Shown: piece after piece, positions 28,703-39,182 of the stretch
How the letters are laid out: each line of letters begins with the position of its first letter
How positions within the stretch are numbered: the first letter of the stretch is position 1
Assembly (NCBI GenBank): GCA_947087645.1
Contig: CAMUDN010000003.1
Span: forward strand, 89,956-153,955
Origin: an uncultured Bulleidia sp.
Lineage (GTDB): Bacteria; Bacillota_I; Bacilli_A; Erysipelotrichales; Erysipelotrichaceae
Direction of reading: 5' to 3'
Length of the DNA: 64,000 bases
Program-made: the position numbers and the translations under genes
The notes under the pieces: generated by a model
What the model was told of the DNA's origin: nothing
The model's input: the letters and a program-made list of their open reading frames with translations, nothing else
The model's database searches: none

Positions 28703-31093
28703 ATGCCATATAATTACAAAGAAATTGAAGCCAAATGGCAAAAATATTGGGCTGAGAAAGAAACATTTAAAACAGATGTATACGATTTTGATAAGCCTAA
28801 GTATTATGCATTGGATATGTTTCCATATCCAAGTGGTCATGGTTTACATGCTGGCCATCCAGAAGGTTATACTGCAACCGATATTATTTGTCGTAAACGT
28901 CGTATGCAAGGATATAATGTTTTACATCCGATGGGATTTGATGCCTTTGGTTTACCAGCTGAGCAATATGCTATTCAAACAGGAAATAATCCAGCTGAAT
29001 TTACTAAACAAAATATTGCTACTTTTACGAAGCAATTAAAAGCTTTTGGCTTTTCATATGATTGGCAACGTGCTATTAGTACAGCTGATCCAAGTTTTTA
29101 TCATTGGACACAATGGATTTTTAAATTACTTTTTATAGATGGCTTAGCTAAATATGTAGATATGCCAGTCAATTGGTGTGAACAATTAGGAACAGTTTTA
29201 TCTAATGATGAAGTTATTGATGGGAAAAGTGAAAGAGGTAATTATCCAGTTATTCGAAAAAATATGAAACAATGGGTCATTGATATTCCTAAGTATGCTG
29301 AGAAATTATTAGCTGGCTTAGAAGAAGTTGATTGGCCTGAGTCAACAAAAGAGATGCAAAGAAACTGGATTGGTAAATCAGAAGGAGCTATTATTAAATT
29401 TAAAGTTAAGGATAGTGAATATACTTTTGATGTTTTTACGACTCGTTGTGACACATTATTTGGTGCTAGTTATTGTGTTTTAGCACCCGAACATAAATTA
29501 ATAGATAAAATAACAACATCTTCACAAAAAGAACAAGTACTTGCTTATCAAAAACAAGCAGCTTCTAAATCTGATTTAGAAAGAACAGAAAATAAGGAAA
29601 AAACAGGCTGTTTTACGGGTGCTTATGCAATCAATCCAGTGAATAATAAAGCAATACCAATTTGGATATCTGATTATGTTTTAGAAAGCTATGGTACAGG
29701 AGCTATTATGGCTGTTCCTGCTCATGATGAAAGAGATTATGCTTTTGCAAAAAAATTTGACTTAGCAATAATACCAGTTTTAAAGGGCGGAGATATTAGC
29801 AAAGAGGCATGGTGTGAAGATGGTCTACACATTAATTCAGAATGGCTAAATGGTTTAAATAAAAAAGAAGCTATTGAAAAAATGATTGCTTTTTTAACAA
29901 CAAATAAAATTGGTTATAAAAAAATAAATTATAAAATTAGAGAATGGATTTTTGCCCGGCAAAGATATTGGGGCGAACCAATTCCGATTATTCATTTAGA
30001 AGATGATTCTTTAGTAGCATTGTCAGATGATCAATTACCTTTATTGTTACCAGAATTAGCTGATTACAAACCGGGTAAAGGTGGCGTTGCACCATTAGCT
30101 AAGGCTAAAGAATGGGTTAATGTTATGGTTGGTAAACAAAAAGGGCAAAGAGAAACAAGTACAATGCCAGGATCCGCAGGTAGTAGTTGGTATTATTTAC
30201 GTTATATTGATCCACAAAATGAGAAATGTTTGGCTGATCCTATCTTGTTAAAACATTGGATGCCAGTTGATTTATATGTTGGGGGACCTGAGCATGCTGT
30301 TGGTCATTTATTATATGCGCGCATGTGGAATAGGTTTTTATATGATAAAGGACTTGTTTTTTGCCCTGAGCCATTTAAAAAATTAGTTCATCAAGGTATG
30401 ATTTTAGGCAAAAATGGTATTAAAATGGGTAAAAGATATCCAGAATTTATTGTTGATCCAAATGAATTGATAGCTAATTATGGAGCTGATACAGTACGTG
30501 TATATGAAATGTTTATGGGACCATTAGAAGCTTCTAAACCATGGAGTGAACAAGGTGTTGAGGGTATTTTTAAGTGGTTAAATCGGGTCTATCGTTTAAT
30601 TGTTGAAAGCCATAAAATAAGTAATGAAAATGATGGATCACTAGATCGTATTTATCATGCTTCGGTTAAAAAAATATCAGAAGATATGGAAAGTTTAAAC
30701 TTTAATACAGCCATTTCACAAATGATGATTTTTATTAATGAATGTTATAAAGCAAAGTCATTATATAAGCCATATATAGAGGGATTTATTAAGATGTTGT
30801 CTTGTTTTGCTCCCCATTTAGGCGAAGAATTATGGTCAATTGTAAGTGGTAAAGAAGGTATTAGTTTTACTACTTGGCCAAGCTATGATGAAACAAAGCT
30901 TATTCAAGATAAAGTGATAATTGTTGTACAAGTTAATGGTAAATTAAGAGCTAAGTTTGAAGCTGATAAAGACAGTTCAAAAGAATGGCTAGAAGATAAG
31001 GCTTTAAGTTTAGTTACCAATTATACTGATAATAAGAAGATTGTTAAGATTATTATTGTAGCTAATAAATTAGTTAATGTTGTGGTTAAATAA
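28703..31093 (+). CDS. leuS: leucyl-tRNA synthetase
   Basis: HIGH region [18 protein letters not shown]1 editing domain, …[21 protein letters not shown]…; KMSKS position reads KMGKR. Confidence 0.95.
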   Translation: MPYNYKEIEAKWQKYWAEKETFKTDVYDFDKPKYYALDMFPYPSGHGLHAGHPEGYTATDIICRKRRMQGYNVLHPMGFDAFGLPAEQYAIQTGNNPAEFTKQNIATFTKQLKAFGFSYDWQRAISTADPSFYHWTQWIFKLLFIDGLAKYVDMPVNWCEQLGTVLSNDEVIDGKSERGNYPVIRKNMKQWVIDIPKYAEKLLAGLEEVDWPESTKEMQRNWIGKSEGAIIKFKVKDSEYTFDVFTTRCDTLFGASYCVLAPEHKLIDKITTSSQKEQVLAYQKQAASKSDLERTENKEKTGCFTGAYAINPVNNKAIPIWISDYVLESYGTGAIMAVPAHDERDYAFAKKFDLAIIPVLKGGDISKEAWCEDGLHINSEWLNGLNKKEAIEKMIAFLTTNKIGYKKINYKIREWIFARQRYWGEPIPIIHLEDDSLVALSDDQLPLLLPELADYKPGKGGVAPLAKAKEWVNVMVGKQKGQRETSTMPGSAGSSWYYLRYIDPQNEKCLADPILLKHWMPVDLYVGGPEHAVGHLLYARMWNRFLYDKGLVFCPEPFKKLVHQGMILGKNGIKMGKRYPEFIVDPNELIANYGADTVRVYEMFMGPLEASKPWSEQGVEGIFKWLNRVYRLIVESHKISNENDGSLDRIYHASVKKISEDMESLNFNTAISQMMIFINECYKAKSLYKPYIEGFIKMLSCFAPHLGEELWSIVSGKEGISFTTWPSYDETKLIQDKVIIVVQVNGKLRAKFEADKDSSKEWLEDKALSLVTNYTDNKKIVKIIIVANKLVNVVVK

Positions 31094-31096
31094 AAT

Positions 31097-31315
31097 ATGA
31101 TTGAAATTATATATGAGTATAAAGGATCGATTATGCATATGAAGTATGAGAATAGAGATATTTTTTTAACTTCACAACTAGCATGTACTTTAGATGTTCC
31201 ATCTTTTTATACGGTTTTGAAAGTAATTGTTGATCAACATGAAATTAAAGATTTAGCAAATGTTAAACAAGATGATGTTTATCATTATTTTTTAAAGCAA
31301 AAACAAAAAAATTAA
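31097..31315 (+). CDS. small hypothetical protein (72 aa)
   Basis: ORF only; 3 nt after leuS stop; no recognisable domain. Confidence 0.25.
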   Translation: MIEIIYEYKGSIMHMKYENRDIFLTSQLACTLDVPSFYTVLKVIVDQHEIKDLANVKQDDVYHYFLKQKQKN

Positions 31316-31351
31316 ATGTTTAGTATTACTTAGATATTAATCTAATACTAA

Positions 31352-31390
31352 AATAGCCATAGTTGGTATTATGCTGACTATGGTTTTTAA
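31352..31390 (+). terminator. terminator for leuS operon (CCATAGT…ACTATGG + T5)
   Basis: 7-bp stem followed by TTTTT. Confidence 0.55.
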
Positions 31391-31404
31391 TTTGGATGAT
31401 AATA

Positions 31405-31435
31405 AAAAGTCTACTTTTTATATTTAGTAGACTTA
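31405..31435 (-). terminator. terminator for gltX (AAGTCTACT-loop-AGTAGACTT; T-run on minus strand)
   Basis: 9-bp stem, A-run on + strand = U-run for minus-strand transcript. Confidence 0.65.
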
Positions 31436-31463
31436 GATAATATTGAAATATTTTGTACTTGTT

Positions 31464-32921
31464 TTAGATATTGTTTTCTAATTGTTTGATTGATAGTTGA
31501 AGCCGTCTTAAAGTTTCTTGCTTGCCTAAAATATCAGCTATTTCAATAGCTCCACCAGGTGTAAATTGCTTACCACTAATAGCTAAACGTAAAGGGAATA
31601 ATACTTGTCCATTTTTCATTCCTAATTTGCTAGGTAAAGCCATTAATGTATCATGTAAATTTATTTCTGACCAATCATCCAGTTTTTCTAATACAGGTTG
31701 AATAGCTTTTAAAGCTACTAAAGCTATTTCATTATTTGTTTTCATTTTTTTATTTTGGTAAAGGCTATTATCATAGCTTGGAAATTGATCAAAGAAATCA
31801 ACCATTTCTGGTATTTGTATTAGTGTTTCTGCTCGATTTTGTAATATTTTAGCAATCTTTTTAATGACAAATGAGCCATGTACACCTTGTTTAATATAAG
31901 GCGTAACTAATTTTGTATATTGATCAAGATCCATATTTCTTAACCATTGGGCATTAACCCAAGTTAATTTATTTAAATCGAAGATAGCACCAGATGTTCC
32001 TATGTGTTTAACATTAAAAGCATTAACTAGTTCAGCTAAAGTATAAATTTCTTTTGAACTATCAGGTGCCCAACCAAGTAAGGCAATATAATTTAAGATA
32101 GCTTCTGGTAAATAACCTTTTTTAATTAAATCTTGAAAAGAAGCATCACCATTACGTTTAGAAAGTTTTGTTGTTTCATCTTTCATAACAGGTGGACAAT
32201 GAATATAAGTTGGAATAGACCAGCCAAAAGCTTGGTAGATCAAGTTATACTTAGGTGTTGAACTTAAATATTCCATTCCTCTTACAACATGTGTAATATG
32301 CATGGTATGATCATCAATAATATTTGCAAAATTATAAGTAGGAAAACCATCAGATTTTAATAAAATTGACTCATCTAAAGTATTATTTTCAACTGTAATA
32401 TGACCAAATACTTCATCGTCAAAAGAAGTTGTTCCCTGATCAGGAATAGTTTGGCGAACTACATATTTTTCACCATTTGCTATCCGTCTGGCACATTCAT
32501 CAGCACTCAAACATTTACATGGATCATCATATTTAAAACTTTCTTTACGAGCTGCTTGTAATTCCCGTTGTGCATTAATCATTTCTTCATCACAGAAACA
32601 ATAATGTGCACCTTTACGAGCAATTAATTCTTTAGCATATTTTTGATAAATACCGGAATGCATTCTTTCGGATTGAACATAAGGACCATACTCACCACCA
32701 ACACTAGGACCTTCATCAAATTTTAAATGACATTGTTCAAGTGTTTGATAAATAATATCTGTAGCTCCATTGACTAAACGTCCTTGGTCAGTATCTTCAA
32801 TACGCAAAATAAAAACACCATCAGGATCTTTTTTAGCAATTAGATAAGTGTATAGAGCAGTTCTTAAATTACCAATATGCATATAGCCGGTTGGGCTAGG
32901 GGCAAATCTTGTTCTTCTCAT
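31464..32921 (-). CDS. gltX: glutamyl-tRNA synthetase
   Basis: HIGH region (RFAPSPTGYMHIGN), KMSKS as KLSKR; 485 aa. Confidence 0.95.
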   Translation of the reverse strand: MRRTRFAPSPTGYMHIGNLRTALYTYLIAKKDPDGVFILRIEDTDQGRLVNGATDIIYQTLEQCHLKFDEGPSVGGEYGPYVQSERMHSGIYQKYAKELIARKGAHYCFCDEEMINAQRELQAARKESFKYDDPCKCLSADECARRIANGEKYVVRQTIPDQGTTSFDDEVFGHITVENNTLDESILLKSDGFPTYNFANIIDDHTMHITHVVRGMEYLSSTPKYNLIYQAFGWSIPTYIHCPPVMKDETTKLSKRNGDASFQDLIKKGYLPEAILNYIALLGWAPDSSKEIYTLAELVNAFNVKHIGTSGAIFDLNKLTWVNAQWLRNMDLDQYTKLVTPYIKQGVHGSFVIKKIAKILQNRAETLIQIPEMVDFFDQFPSYDNSLYQNKKMKTNNEIALVALKAIQPVLEKLDDWSEINLHDTLMALPSKLGMKNGQVLFPLRLAISGKQFTPGGAIEIADILGKQETLRRLQLSIKQLENNI

Positions 32922-33011
32922 GCGTTTCTCCTTTAATATCTTTAATATTATACCGTTAAGTTACTAAAATAGTTGAATTTTACGAAAAAAACTTTATAAT
33001 AAGATCGATAT

Positions 33012-33083
33012 TGGGGTATAGCCAAGCGGTAAGGCAACTGGCTCTGAACCAGTCATGCGTGAGTTCGAATCTCTCTACCCCAG
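33012..33083 (+). tRNA. tRNA-Gln (anticodon CUG), CCA not encoded
   Basis: Cloverleaf folds by hand: 7-bp acceptor TGGGGTA/TACCCCA, anticodon stem ACTGG/CCAGT with loop CTCTGAA, T-loop TTCGAAT; closely resembles Bacillus tRNA-Gln from memory. Confidence 0.85.
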
Positions 33084-33084
33084 C

Positions 33085-33108
33085 TGCGCTCTTGCGCTTT
33101 TTTTATAT
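33085..33108 (+). terminator. putative short terminator after tRNA-Gln (GCGC-tctt-GCGC + T7)
   Basis: GC stem followed by TTTTTTT. Confidence 0.45.
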
Positions 33109-33116
33109 TAAGAGGT

Positions 33117-33728
33117 ATGATGAACTTGATGGATAAAGAAATTATTATTGCAACTAAGAATCAACATAAAGTCCTTGAATTTAGAAAAATGCTTGAACCA
33201 CTTGGTTTTAGTGTTAAAAGTTTATTTGATTTTCCTCATTTTCCGGATATTAGCGAGGATGGATTTAGCTTTGAAGATAATGCTCGTATAAAAGCCGAAA
33301 CAGCAACTAATTTATTAAATAAAATGGTTATTAGTGATGATTCGGGTTTAGAAATTGATGCTTTTGGTGGACAACCAGGTATATATTCAGCTCGTTGGTT
33401 AGGAACATTAACACCATATATTTATAAAAATAAAGTTATTCTTGATCGTTTACAAGGTGAAAGTAATCGCAAAGCAAGGTATGTTTGTGTTTTAGCTCTT
33501 GCAAGACCAAATCATGAAACAATTTATTTTCGTGGTGAATGTGATTTAGAAGTTGCTTATGAAGCGCATGGCTTAAATGGATTTGGCTATGATCCGATAA
33601 TGATTGATCCGCTTAGTCATAAGACTTTAGCAGAATTAAGTGAAGATGAAAAAAATGCTATTTCTCATAGAGGAAAGGCAGTTAGACAATTAAAGGCGTG
33701 GTTAGAAAAAGAATATGGCAAAAATTAA
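33117..33728 (+). CDS. rdgB: non-canonical purine NTP pyrophosphatase RdgB/HAM1
   Basis: IIIATKNQHKVLEF… N-terminus and ITPase pattern; 203 aa. Confidence 0.88.
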   Translation: MMNLMDKEIIIATKNQHKVLEFRKMLEPLGFSVKSLFDFPHFPDISEDGFSFEDNARIKAETATNLLNKMVISDDSGLEIDAFGGQPGIYSARWLGTLTPYIYKNKVILDRLQGESNRKARYVCVLALARPNHETIYFRGECDLEVAYEAHGLNGFGYDPIMIDPLSHKTLAELSEDEKNAISHRGKAVRQLKAWLEKEYGKN

Positions 33729-34389
33729 ATCGTTTTTAGTTGGTTTTTGTTTTAGCCTTTTTATATTATTGACAACTATTGATCTGGTTGCTTTTAATCC
33801 ATACTTTTTTAAAAAATCTTATCAGCAGGAGAAGACAAGTGAGATTGTGAAAATGAGTGATAATGATTTATGGCAAGCAACTAATACCTTATTAACGTAT
33901 TTAAAAGGTCAAAGAGAAGATATAATAGTTAAAGCTAGAATAAATGGTAATGAAAGAAATGTTTTTAATGAACGAGAAATAGCTCATATGGTTGATGTTA
34001 AAAGACTTTATCAAAAGGCTATGATGGTGCGTATGTTTAGTTTATTGTTATTAACAATTATTCTTCTATATGAATTTTTTCAAGATCAAAAACATTTTTT
34101 AACTTTCTTATACACTGCTTTTAAGCAAGGTTTAGCCGGCTTTGGTTTACTTATTTTAATCATAAGTATATATGCATTAACTGGTTTTGAAACTTTTTGG
34201 CTTAATTTTCATTATCTTTTTTTTGATAATGACTTATTTTTACTTGATCCTAATACTTCTATTATGATTAATATGTTTCCAGAAAATTTTTTCTTTAATT
34301 TAGTTATGTATATTATTGTGATTTTTGTATTATTCAATTTGATTATATATATTATTTTTGATTTTTTGAAAAAAAGGAGATTAGTATGA
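33715..34389 (+). CDS. integral membrane protein (hypothetical)
   Basis: Four or more TM helices; no motif recognised. Confidence 0.45.
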   Translation: MAKIKSFLVGFCFSLFILLTTIDLVAFNPYFFKKSYQQEKTSEIVKMSDNDLWQATNTLLTYLKGQREDIIVKARINGNERNVFNEREIAHMVDVKRLYQKAMMVRMFSLLLLTIILLYEFFQDQKHFLTFLYTAFKQGLAGFGLLILIISIYALTGFETFWLNFHYLFFDNDLFLLDPNTSIMINMFPENFFFNLVMYIIVIFVLFNLIIYIIFDFLKKRRLV

Positions 34390-34913
34390 TAAATATTGTT
34401 TTATATGAACCGGAAATACCGAGTAATACAGGTAATATTATGCGTACATGTGCAGCTTTTAATATGCGTTTGCATTTAATTGAACCATTAGGTTTTCATT
34501 TAGATGAAAAGCACTTAAAAAGAGCAGGTATGGATTATCGTAAAGATGTTCATTTTAAGACTTACATGAATTGGTCTACTTTTTTAGCTGAACATGGTGA
34601 TAAAGGTGTTTTTTATTATGTGACCCGTTATGGCAAGCATACGCCAGATGCATATCATTATTCTAATGATAAAGATATTTACTTAATTTTTGGTAAAGAA
34701 AGTACTGGAATTCCTAAAGAAATATTAGCTCAAAACTTAGATTATTGTTTGAGAATTCCTATGGTTCCGAATGCTCGTTCTTTAAATTTAAGTAATTGTG
34801 TAGCAATATGTGCTTATGAAGTTATTAAGCAATTATCATATACTGATTTGAGTGAAGTCGAAGTTATTAAAGGAGAAAATTTTTTAAACCAATTTAAAAA
34901 TGTAGATAAATAG
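34386..34913 (+). CDS. trmL: SPOUT tRNA (cytidine/uridine-34 2'-O)-methyltransferase TrmL-like
   Basis: MINIVLYEPEIPSNTGNIMRTCAAF… typical TrmL/CspR start; 175 aa. Confidence 0.85.
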   Translation: MINIVLYEPEIPSNTGNIMRTCAAFNMRLHLIEPLGFHLDEKHLKRAGMDYRKDVHFKTYMNWSTFLAEHGDKGVFYYVTRYGKHTPDAYHYSNDKDIYLIFGKESTGIPKEILAQNLDYCLRIPMVPNARSLNLSNCVAICAYEVIKQLSYTDLSEVEVIKGENFLNQFKNVDK

Positions 34914-34922
34914 AGGTATGAA

Positions 34923-35129
34923 ATGATTGAATCAGTGAATGATTTTATGTCAATGATAGTAATTATCTTAACAATTCTGATAGGCTTTTATTTTTTATTG
35001 AAAAATATAATTAAAAAAAAGTTTTTGCCAAAAAGTAAAAATGAATATTACACACTTATTGGTGCTATGATAGATGAGCGTACAAAAAGGAAGGAGAAGA
35101 AACATTATTATGATTCAAGAAAGTATTAA
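34923..35129 (+). CDS. small single-TM protein (hypothetical)
   Basis: ORF only. Confidence 0.25.
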   Translation: MIESVNDFMSMIVIILTILIGFYFLLKNIIKKKFLPKSKNEYYTLIGAMIDERTKRKEKKHYYDSRKY

Positions 35130-35556
35130 TTCAAAATCTTTATTTCATTATGATGTAAGTTCTTCAGCTGTGAAAAGTGGTGATGCAATTTATATCTCAG
35201 CACAATTACCAATTGATAAAGATGGACAATTGATTAGTGATAATATCATTAAACAAACGATAAAATGTTTAGATAATATTGCAATTATTTTACAAGAAGC
35301 AGGCTTAAATATGACATATGTTTTAGCAATGAAAATATATTTAAGTGATATTGATGATTTAGCAATTGTTAACCGTAAATTAGCTACTTATTTTAAACCA
35401 CCATATCCAGCTCAAACAGTAATTGCTGTTTCAGCTTTACCTTTTAAAGCTAAAATCCAGATTGAAGCTTTCGCAATTGATACAAGAGCAATTGAACTGA
35501 TGATTTCGGCAGAACAGAATTGTGATCAAAAAGTATGTACAATAAAAGATGAATAG
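35110..35556 (+). CDS. ridA: RidA/YjgF-family reactive-intermediate deaminase (start moved to ATG 35110)
   Basis: YjgF fold pattern; AGGAAGGAGAAG RBS before ATG 35110. Confidence 0.82.
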   Translation: MIQESINSKSLFHYDVSSSAVKSGDAIYISAQLPIDKDGQLISDNIIKQTIKCLDNIAIILQEAGLNMTYVLAMKIYLSDIDDLAIVNRKLATYFKPPYPAQTVIAVSALPFKAKIQIEAFAIDTRAIELMISAEQNCDQKVCTIKDE

Positions 35557-36450
35557 ATGATAAGGAATGGTAATATGCTTAAAATTTTAAATGTTCGCTT
35601 TGTAAAAAAAGATATTCGTAATATTTTATTAATTACATTATCTGCTCTTTTATATGCTTATGGTATGGAAACATTTGTTAAATCAGGAAATTTATATCCG
35701 AGTGGTTTTGCTGGTATATCAATTTTATTGATTCAAATTGTACATGATATAAGTGGCTTTTCAATTTCTTTTTCCTTTGTTTATTTTTCATTAAATATTA
35801 TTATCACTTTTATTGTTTGGAAAAAAATAGGACATAAATTTATTCTTTTTTCTTTGCTTTGGTATAGTCTTGTTTCTTTTTTTATGGTAATTATGAACTT
35901 TAGTGTGATCACAGATGATCCATTATTGATTTCTGTTTTTGGCGGTATTCTAAATGGTTTTGCAATTGGTATTGCTTTAAATGCTAATGCATCAAGTGGT
36001 GGTTTAGATTTTGTGGCAATTGATTTAAGTGCTCGTTTGAATAAGCCAACATGGAATTATATTTTATGCTTGAATGCAATTGTCTTAGCTATTGCTGGTT
36101 ATCGGCGTGGTTGGAGTTTAGCTCTATATTCAATTATTTTTCAGTTTGCTTCAACTCAAATTGTAAATGAAATGTATTCTCGTTATAAATTATCACGTTT
36201 GGAAATTATTACTGATTATCCAGATGATGTTGCTAAAATCATTTTTAAATATTATCGTCATGGTATAACTTTAACTAAAGTTATGGGCGTATATAAGCAT
36301 CACGAACATAATTTATTGACCTTGACGGTTAATCAGATACAAGTGGCGAATATTATTAAAATTGTTAAGCGAACTGATCCAACCGCATTTATGACGGTTT
36401 ATGGTGTTGAAAAAGTAATCGGTAATTTTTATCAGCAACCAGTTGAGTAA
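35557..36450 (+). CDS. YitT-family membrane protein (DUF161 + DUF2179)
   Basis: …LYAYGMETFVKSGNLYPSGFAGISIL… characteristic of YitT family; alternative start ATG 35575. Confidence 0.78.
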   Translation: MIRNGNMLKILNVRFVKKDIRNILLITLSALLYAYGMETFVKSGNLYPSGFAGISILLIQIVHDISGFSISFSFVYFSLNIIITFIVWKKIGHKFILFSLLWYSLVSFFMVIMNFSVITDDPLLISVFGGILNGFAIGIALNANASSGGLDFVAIDLSARLNKPTWNYILCLNAIVLAIAGYRRGWSLALYSIIFQFASTQIVNEMYSRYKLSRLEIITDYPDDVAKIIFKYYRHGITLTKVMGVYKHHEHNLLTLTVNQIQVANIIKIVKRTDPTAFMTVYGVEKVIGNFYQQPVE

Positions 36451-36480
36451 AATGATTAATTTTTATTTTTTATAGATAAA

Positions 36481-36510
36481 TAAAAAAGAAGTATTTCTAC
36501 TTCTTAAATT
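36481..36510. terminator. bidirectional terminator between YitT (+) and trpS (-)
   Basis: AAGAAGTA-tttc-TACTTCTT flanked by A/T runs. Confidence 0.65.
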
Positions 36511-37495
36511 AGATGGTCATACCCATCTTTTTTTGTACTTGCATGAGTTTTTTAGAAGCAATCGCATTGGCTTTTTGAGCACCTTCTTTAAGAATTTCTT
36601 TAACATATCCTGCTTCTTCAATTTTTTTGTAATTAGCTTGAATCATTTCTAATTCATGTACGACACTGTCAGCTACTACTTTTTTAAATTCACCATAACC
36701 TTTACCTTTAAATTCTTCTTCTATTTCGAGCATTGCTTTATCTTGATTTAATGAAGAATAAATTTGCATTAAATTGGAAATGCCTGGTTGATTAATAGGG
36801 TCATAATGTACTTTAGCAACCATGTCAGTGACAGCTGACATGATTTTTTTACGTGCTATTTTAGGATCATCTAACAAATAGATAATACCTTTTTCACCAT
36901 CATCTGACTTTGACATTTTTTTCTGTGGATTTTGTAAAGACATAATACGTGCTCCAACTTTAGCAATAAGTGGTTTGGGGATAATAAAATTACAACCATA
37001 TTTATTATTCATTCTTTCTGCAAGATCACGTGTTAATTCCACATGTTGTTTTTGATCCTCACCTACTGGTACATATGCTGGATCATATAATAATATATCT
37101 GCTGCCATTAATGATGGATATGTATAAATACCGCCAGTCAGTAAGGTTTCACCTTTAGCTTGTTTATCTTTAAACTGAGTCATACGATTTAATTCACCAA
37201 GATATGTATTTGAAGTCATAATGAAACCTAACTGAGCGTGTGCTGGAACATCAGTTTGTAAAAAAATAGTTGCTTTATGAGGATCTAACCCACAAGCTAG
37301 GTATAATAAAATACAATCTTTTAAATTTTTCTTTAATATTTTGGGATCTTGGGGCAATGTAATACAATGTAAATTAGCAATAAAGACAAACATTTCATAT
37401 TCGTCTTGTAATTTTACAAAATTTTTCAAAGCACCAATATAATTGCCTAAATGGAGTTGACCAGTAGGCTTTATACCACTTAACATTCTTTCCAT
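36509..37495 (-). CDS. trpS: tryptophanyl-tRNA synthetase
   Basis: HIGH region GIKPTGQLHLGN, KMSKS present; 328 aa. Confidence 0.95.
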   Translation of the reverse strand: MERMLSGIKPTGQLHLGNYIGALKNFVKLQDEYEMFVFIANLHCITLPQDPKILKKNLKDCILLYLACGLDPHKATIFLQTDVPAHAQLGFIMTSNTYLGELNRMTQFKDKQAKGETLLTGGIYTYPSLMAADILLYDPAYVPVGEDQKQHVELTRDLAERMNNKYGCNFIIPKPLIAKVGARIMSLQNPQKKMSKSDDGEKGIIYLLDDPKIARKKIMSAVTDMVAKVHYDPINQPGISNLMQIYSSLNQDKAMLEIEEEFKGKGYGEFKKVVADSVVHELEMIQANYKKIEEAGYVKEILKEGAQKANAIASKKLMQVQKKMGMTI

Positions 37496-37587
37496 AAATA
37501 CCTCAATTCTTTCTTTATTTAATCATAAAATAAGGTATATCTCAATTACTTATTTAATGTTATACTAACTTAGCGAGGAGGTAATAA

Positions 37588-38019
37588 ATGATAGTTGTTT
37601 ATACATCACCGGGCTGTGCCAGTTGTCGCAAAGTTAAGGCTTGGTTAAATAAGCGTCAATTACCTTATATCGAAAAAAATATCTTTAAGATTTTATTAAA
37701 TGATCAGGAAATTAAACATTTACTAATGCGGTCTGAAAATGGATCAGATGATATTATTTCTAAACGTTCAAAAATTATTCAGGAGAGTCATATTGATTTA
37801 GATGCGATGACAGTTGATGAATTGGTACAATTTGTTAAAAAGAATCCATCTGTTTTAAAAAGACCGATAATTATTTCGGAAAATAGCTTTCAAGTTGGTT
37901 ATGATGAAGAAGAAATGGGCGTTTTTGTGCCACGTGAATTAAGAAAAATTGCTCATTTATCATGTAATGAAAGTTGTCCTAATTATGCACTTTGTCAACA
38001 TGTGAAAGATGATGACTGA
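37588..38019 (+). CDS. Spx/ArsC-family redox regulator with Cys-rich C-terminal extension
   Basis: N-terminal CxxC (SPGCASCRK) as in Spx; extra C-terminal CNESCPNYALC. Confidence 0.7.
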   Translation: MIVVYTSPGCASCRKVKAWLNKRQLPYIEKNIFKILLNDQEIKHLLMRSENGSDDIISKRSKIIQESHIDLDAMTVDELVQFVKKNPSVLKRPIIISENSFQVGYDEEEMGVFVPRELRKIAHLSCNESCPNYALCQHVKDDD

Positions 38020-38045
38020 AGATTATTTATGTTAAGGTATGGTAT

Positions 38046-39182
38046 ATGAAAGTTTTAGTTGGTTTATCAGGTGGGGTAGATTCAGCCATTGCGGCTTATT
38101 TATTAAAAAAACAGGGTTATGATGTAACCTGTGCTTTTATGCGTAACTGGGATAGTAGTGCAAATGGTGATTTTGCTGGTAATCCAACCTTGAATGATCC
38201 TATTTGTTCGCAAGAAAAAGATTATAATGATGCTAAAGCAGTTGCCCATAAGCTAGGATTGCCATTACTACGTGTTGATTTTATTAAAGAATATTGGGAT
38301 GATGTTTTTAAAACTTTTCTAGCTGAATATCAAGAAGGAAGAACGCCTAACCCGGATATTTTATGTAATCGTTATATTAAGTTTAATGAGTTCATGCATT
38401 TTGCGTGGAAAAATGGTTTTACAACATTAGCTACTGGGCATTATGCTAAAATAGTAGTCAATAATAAAGGACAACATCTACTTGCAAAAGCAGATGATAG
38501 TAATAAAGATCAATCATACTTTTTAGCAGAAATAGATCGAAAAGTTTTAGATTATGTTCTTTTTCCTTTAGCAACAATTGAAAAATCATATGTTCGTAAA
38601 ATTGCAATGGAACTAAATTTATCAATTGCTAAAAAGAAAGATAGTACTGGTATTTGTTTTATCGGGGAACGTAATTTTCGCGAATTTTTATCTAATTATT
38701 TGCCTATGCAGAAAGGTAAAATTATTAATATTGTGGATCAGCAAGTTGTTGGGGAACATAAAGGTGTCTTGTATTATACAATTGGTCAGCGTAAAGGACT
38801 TGATATTGGTGGCGTTGGACCTTTCTTTGTCGTAGCTAAAAATGTTCATAAAAATATTTTATATGTCGTTGATGATAAGCATCAGGAATGGTTAAAAAGT
38901 GATGCATGCTTAGTTAAAAAAGTTAATTTTTTAGCTGATCATAATTATCCTTTTAATGCCTATGCTAAATTTCGCTATCGTCAAAATGATCAAGCAGTGA
39001 AAGTACAAAAGGTTGATGAAGAAACACTTTTATTGTCATATCCTCAAGGTATATCAGCAGTAACTCCAGGGCAAGAAGCGGTTATTTATGATCATGATAT
39101 TGTTGTAGCTGGTGGACAAATTGATATTGTTTATAAAAATAATGAAGATTTAATGAAGAAAATTATCCAAACAGGTGATTAA
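38046..39182 (+). CDS. mnmA: tRNA-specific 2-thiouridylase MnmA
   Basis: PP-loop SGGVDS, MnmA-typical N-terminus and C-terminal domains; 378 aa. Confidence 0.93.
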   Translation: MKVLVGLSGGVDSAIAAYLLKKQGYDVTCAFMRNWDSSANGDFAGNPTLNDPICSQEKDYNDAKAVAHKLGLPLLRVDFIKEYWDDVFKTFLAEYQEGRTPNPDILCNRYIKFNEFMHFAWKNGFTTLATGHYAKIVVNNKGQHLLAKADDSNKDQSYFLAEIDRKVLDYVLFPLATIEKSYVRKIAMELNLSIAKKKDSTGICFIGERNFREFLSNYLPMQKGKIINIVDQQVVGEHKGVLYYTIGQRKGLDIGGVGPFFVVAKNVHKNILYVVDDKHQEWLKSDACLVKKVNFLADHNYPFNAYAKFRYRQNDQAVKVQKVDEETLLLSYPQGISAVTPGQEAVIYDHDIVVAGGQIDIVYKNNEDLMKKIIQTGD

